Positions 62,338-64,000 of a DNA stretch of 64,000 bases are shown one piece after another. The stretch covers positions 224-64,223 of IMG/VR virus record IMGVR_UViG_3300042191_000068; one strand, given 5' to 3'. The position numbers were made by a program, and so were the translations under genes. Source of the stretch: a virus (taxonomy: Duplodnaviria > Caudoviricetes). Within the stretch, counting starts at the first letter, position 1. Every line of letters begins with the position of its first letter. The notes beneath the pieces are model-generated. The model saw nothing but the letters and a program-made list of their open reading frames with translations. It had not been told where the DNA came from and did not search any database.

Positions 62338-62609
62338 TTGCAGTCCTCCTTCTCCCAACTCGGAACGATGAACATGCTCCGCTTGCGGTCGAGCAGCTCT
62401 ACGAGCAAGGCGTCGAGGACTCCTCCAGAGAGGGAGGAGAACAATGCCTCTGCCAAGGTAACGGCCTCCTTCTTGAGTGCCTCTCGCCATTGTGGCTCCC
62501 ATCCTGCGCCTGTTGGTGGTCGAGGATGCTCCTTATCGATGACGATCGTTATTGATTCGACTTCCTGGTTTCCTATACCTTGTGCTTTACAGACGTTCAC
62601 TGTCTTCAT
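62334..62609 (-). CDS. Hypothetical protein (91 aa)
   Basis: SD AAGGAGG. Confidence 0.7.
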   Translation of the reverse strand: MKTVNVCKAQGIGNQEVESITIVIDKEHPRPPTGAGWEPQWREALKKEAVTLAEALFSSLSGGVLDALLVELLDRKRSMFIVPSWEKEDCK

Positions 62610-62707
62610 TCTTCTTCCTCCTTCAGAGGAGTAGTATACTCCGCATACACACGGAGCGCTCCGAGTTCGTGGTTGAACACGCCGTTCTCGATGGGGGTTG
62701 TTTTCAT
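62606..62707 (-). CDS. Small hypothetical protein (33 aa)
   Basis: SD GGAGGAG; ATGA overlaps. Confidence 0.5.
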   Translation of the reverse strand: MKTTPIENGVFNHELGALRVYAEYTTPLKEEEE

Positions 62708-63108
62708 CTCAACTCCTCCTCAGTCGGCAGGCGCCATTTGCCCCAGGTAGCGACTTCGTCCGGCGTACATGACCAGGAGGTCCCCCCGCATTGAAAGCAA
62801 GCTATCATTCCGTCCTCAAAGTGACTGAAATACGCCCTCTTGAAGAAGTTGTTGGCGCTGTCCCTCACCATCACCTTATCGTCAACCTTCAACTCGATGT
62901 GCTTGACCAGTTCTCCATCAATGATCTGGTGAAGTGAGTCTTTCCAGCCGGAGATTTCTGCTAAATCTTCGAGGAAGTTACTCACGGCGTGACACTCTTT
63001 GGCGTACGCGTACCATTGATTACCTTTCACTACTGGGCGGTCTTCGTAGAAGAACCAATCCCCGTCCGCATCCATCGCCGCCCACTTCCAACAATCTTTG
63101 ATTTTCAT
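62704..63108 (-). CDS. Hypothetical protein (134 aa)
   Basis: WKWAAMDADGDWFFY..RP; SD GGAGG. Confidence 0.75.
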   Translation of the reverse strand: MKIKDCWKWAAMDADGDWFFYEDRPVVKGNQWYAYAKECHAVSNFLEDLAEISGWKDSLHQIIDGELVKHIELKVDDKVMVRDSANNFFKRAYFSHFEDGMIACFQCGGTSWSCTPDEVATWGKWRLPTEEELR

Positions 63109-63123
63109 GAGTCCTCCGTAAGT

Positions 63124-63196
63124 AAAAAACCGGGATGGTGCGCTCGTGCCGACTTGTCCGTATTCTTTCAACGGTGAGCAGATAGGCGTTCCCGGT
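63124..63196 (-). terminator. Structured element / terminator after rtcB
   Basis: ACCGGGA...TCCCGGT closing stem followed by TTTTT; internal GCTC/GAGC and CCGT/ACGG helices. Confidence 0.5.
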
Positions 63197-63203
63197 AAAT
63201 TTT

Positions 63204-64000
63204 TCAGCCCTTAATGACTGCCAGCGGGTGAAGCTCAACAACCACCTCGACTAGATCTTCTTGGTTTCGCATAACCTCAGAAATATCTTTGTACGCTCCC
63301 GGCGCCTCATCAAGATCAGAGGTACTACGAACACTGTGAATTACTCCAAGAGCATCAAGTTTTTCTTTCTCGCCGTCGAGTGACAACTCTCGCTGCGCCT
63401 GCCCTCGGCCCATTCGGCGCCCAGCTCCGTGAGAGCACGAAAAGAAACTCTCAGGATTACCTTTCCCCTTCACGATGTAACTGGCAGTGCCTTGGCTGCC
63501 GGGGATGATCCCGAGCTGTTCGGTCACCGCCTTCGTCGCTCCCTTGCGATGGATCATTACATTCTTACCAAAATGGTGCTCCATGGCTGCGTAGTTGTGC
63601 GCAATGTTGATTGGCGCATCACACGAAAACTGTTCTCCAACAACTTCTGAAATGCTGAGGAGCGTGTTGCCCATCATGAGTTCCCGACTCGCAAGGGCGA
63701 AGTCTACGCAGTACTGCATCTCAGAGAGGTAACTCTGACCTTCAGCGGAGTCAAGAGGAAAGAATGCGAGTTGCCAAGATGTGGGTACGGCGCTGCGCCA
63801 CTGTTCGTTCAACGAAATTGCTAGACTGTTGTAATGCTTCGCTACTTGATAACCTATGTTACGGCTTCCGGAGTGGATCATTACCCAGATAAAACCATCG
63901 CTGCCTTTCTGGATCTCAATGAAGTGATTACCCCCGCCGAGGGTGCCTATCTGCTTCAGCGCGGAAAAATATTCTCGCTTTACAATCGGCAAGTCGTCAG
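63204..64000 (-). CDS. rtcB: RtcB RNA ligase, C-terminal part (open at the window end)
   Basis: GTLGGGNHFIE, HSGSR, HNY, HRKGAT, SCSHGAGR, DEAPGAYK motifs. Confidence 0.95.
   Translation of the reverse strand, partial: DDLPIVKREYFSALKQIGTLGGGNHFIEIQKGSDGFIWVMIHSGSRNIGYQVAKHYNSLAISLNEQWRSAVPTSWQLAFFPLDSAEGQSYLSEMQYCVDFALASRELMMGNTLLSISEVVGEQFSCDAPINIAHNYAAMEHHFGKNVMIHRKGATKAVTEQLGIIPGSQGTASYIVKGKGNPESFFSCSHGAGRRMGRGQAQRELSLDGEKEKLDALGVIHSVRSTSDLDEAPGAYKDISEVMRNQEDLVEVVVELHPLAVIKG

Noticed and set aside
1-64000. Genome-wide TGA reassignment (code 4 or 25)
   Set aside because: Many genes end in TGA with ATGA coupling, polA ends at its expected C-terminus, and the giant gene's TGA lies inside its terminator, so TGA is normally a stop.
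1-64000. Specific host assignment (for example Sec-rich anaerobic Desulfobacterota)
   Set aside because: Compatible with the TGA pattern but not demonstrable from this sequence; only a likely diderm host (GH108, lipoproteins) can be inferred.

Overview
The window is a near-complete, circularly permuted ~64 kb dsDNA tailed-phage genome with podovirus-like organisation. The rtcB gene is split across the two ends, with its N-terminus at 301->1 and its C-terminus at 64000->63204. Four blocks are visible: (i) minus strand 10.3 kb->1 holds small early genes, several XRE-HTH proteins, a family A DNA polymerase, a structured RNA, tRNA-Pro and rtcB; (ii) plus strand 10.8-21.4 kb holds a GGQ release-factor-like protein, TerS, a beta-helix/deacetylase protein, lipoprotein and lysis genes, a PHA depolymerase/synthase-like hydrolase and a metallophosphoesterase; (iii) plus strand 21.4-47.3 kb holds TerL, portal, scaffold, an N4-gp56-type capsid protein, tail and ejection proteins and a 2534-aa polyvalent protein; (iv) minus strand 64-47.3 kb holds replication and nucleotide genes (ThyX, DUF927 primase-helicase, SSB-like protein, SNF2-like helicase, VRR-NUC, DHH, PD-(D/E)XK nuclease) and an atypical tRNA-Tyr. 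I saw no integrase, CRISPR array, reverse transcriptase or transposase. The most striking observation is three otherwise intact genes, missed or cut short by the ORF track, that are interrupted only by in-frame TGA (4 TGAs). In a PLA2-like lysis-cassette gene, the two TGAs fall on the two Cys positions that form one disulfide in the homologous fold. This points to a candidate phage selenoprotein or conditional opal recoding. It sits alongside a dispersed translation/RNA-repair toolkit (RtcB with an ACG start, a GGQ protein, two tRNAs, tRNA-linked structured RNAs). All family assignments come from motif recognition by eye; no database searches were run.
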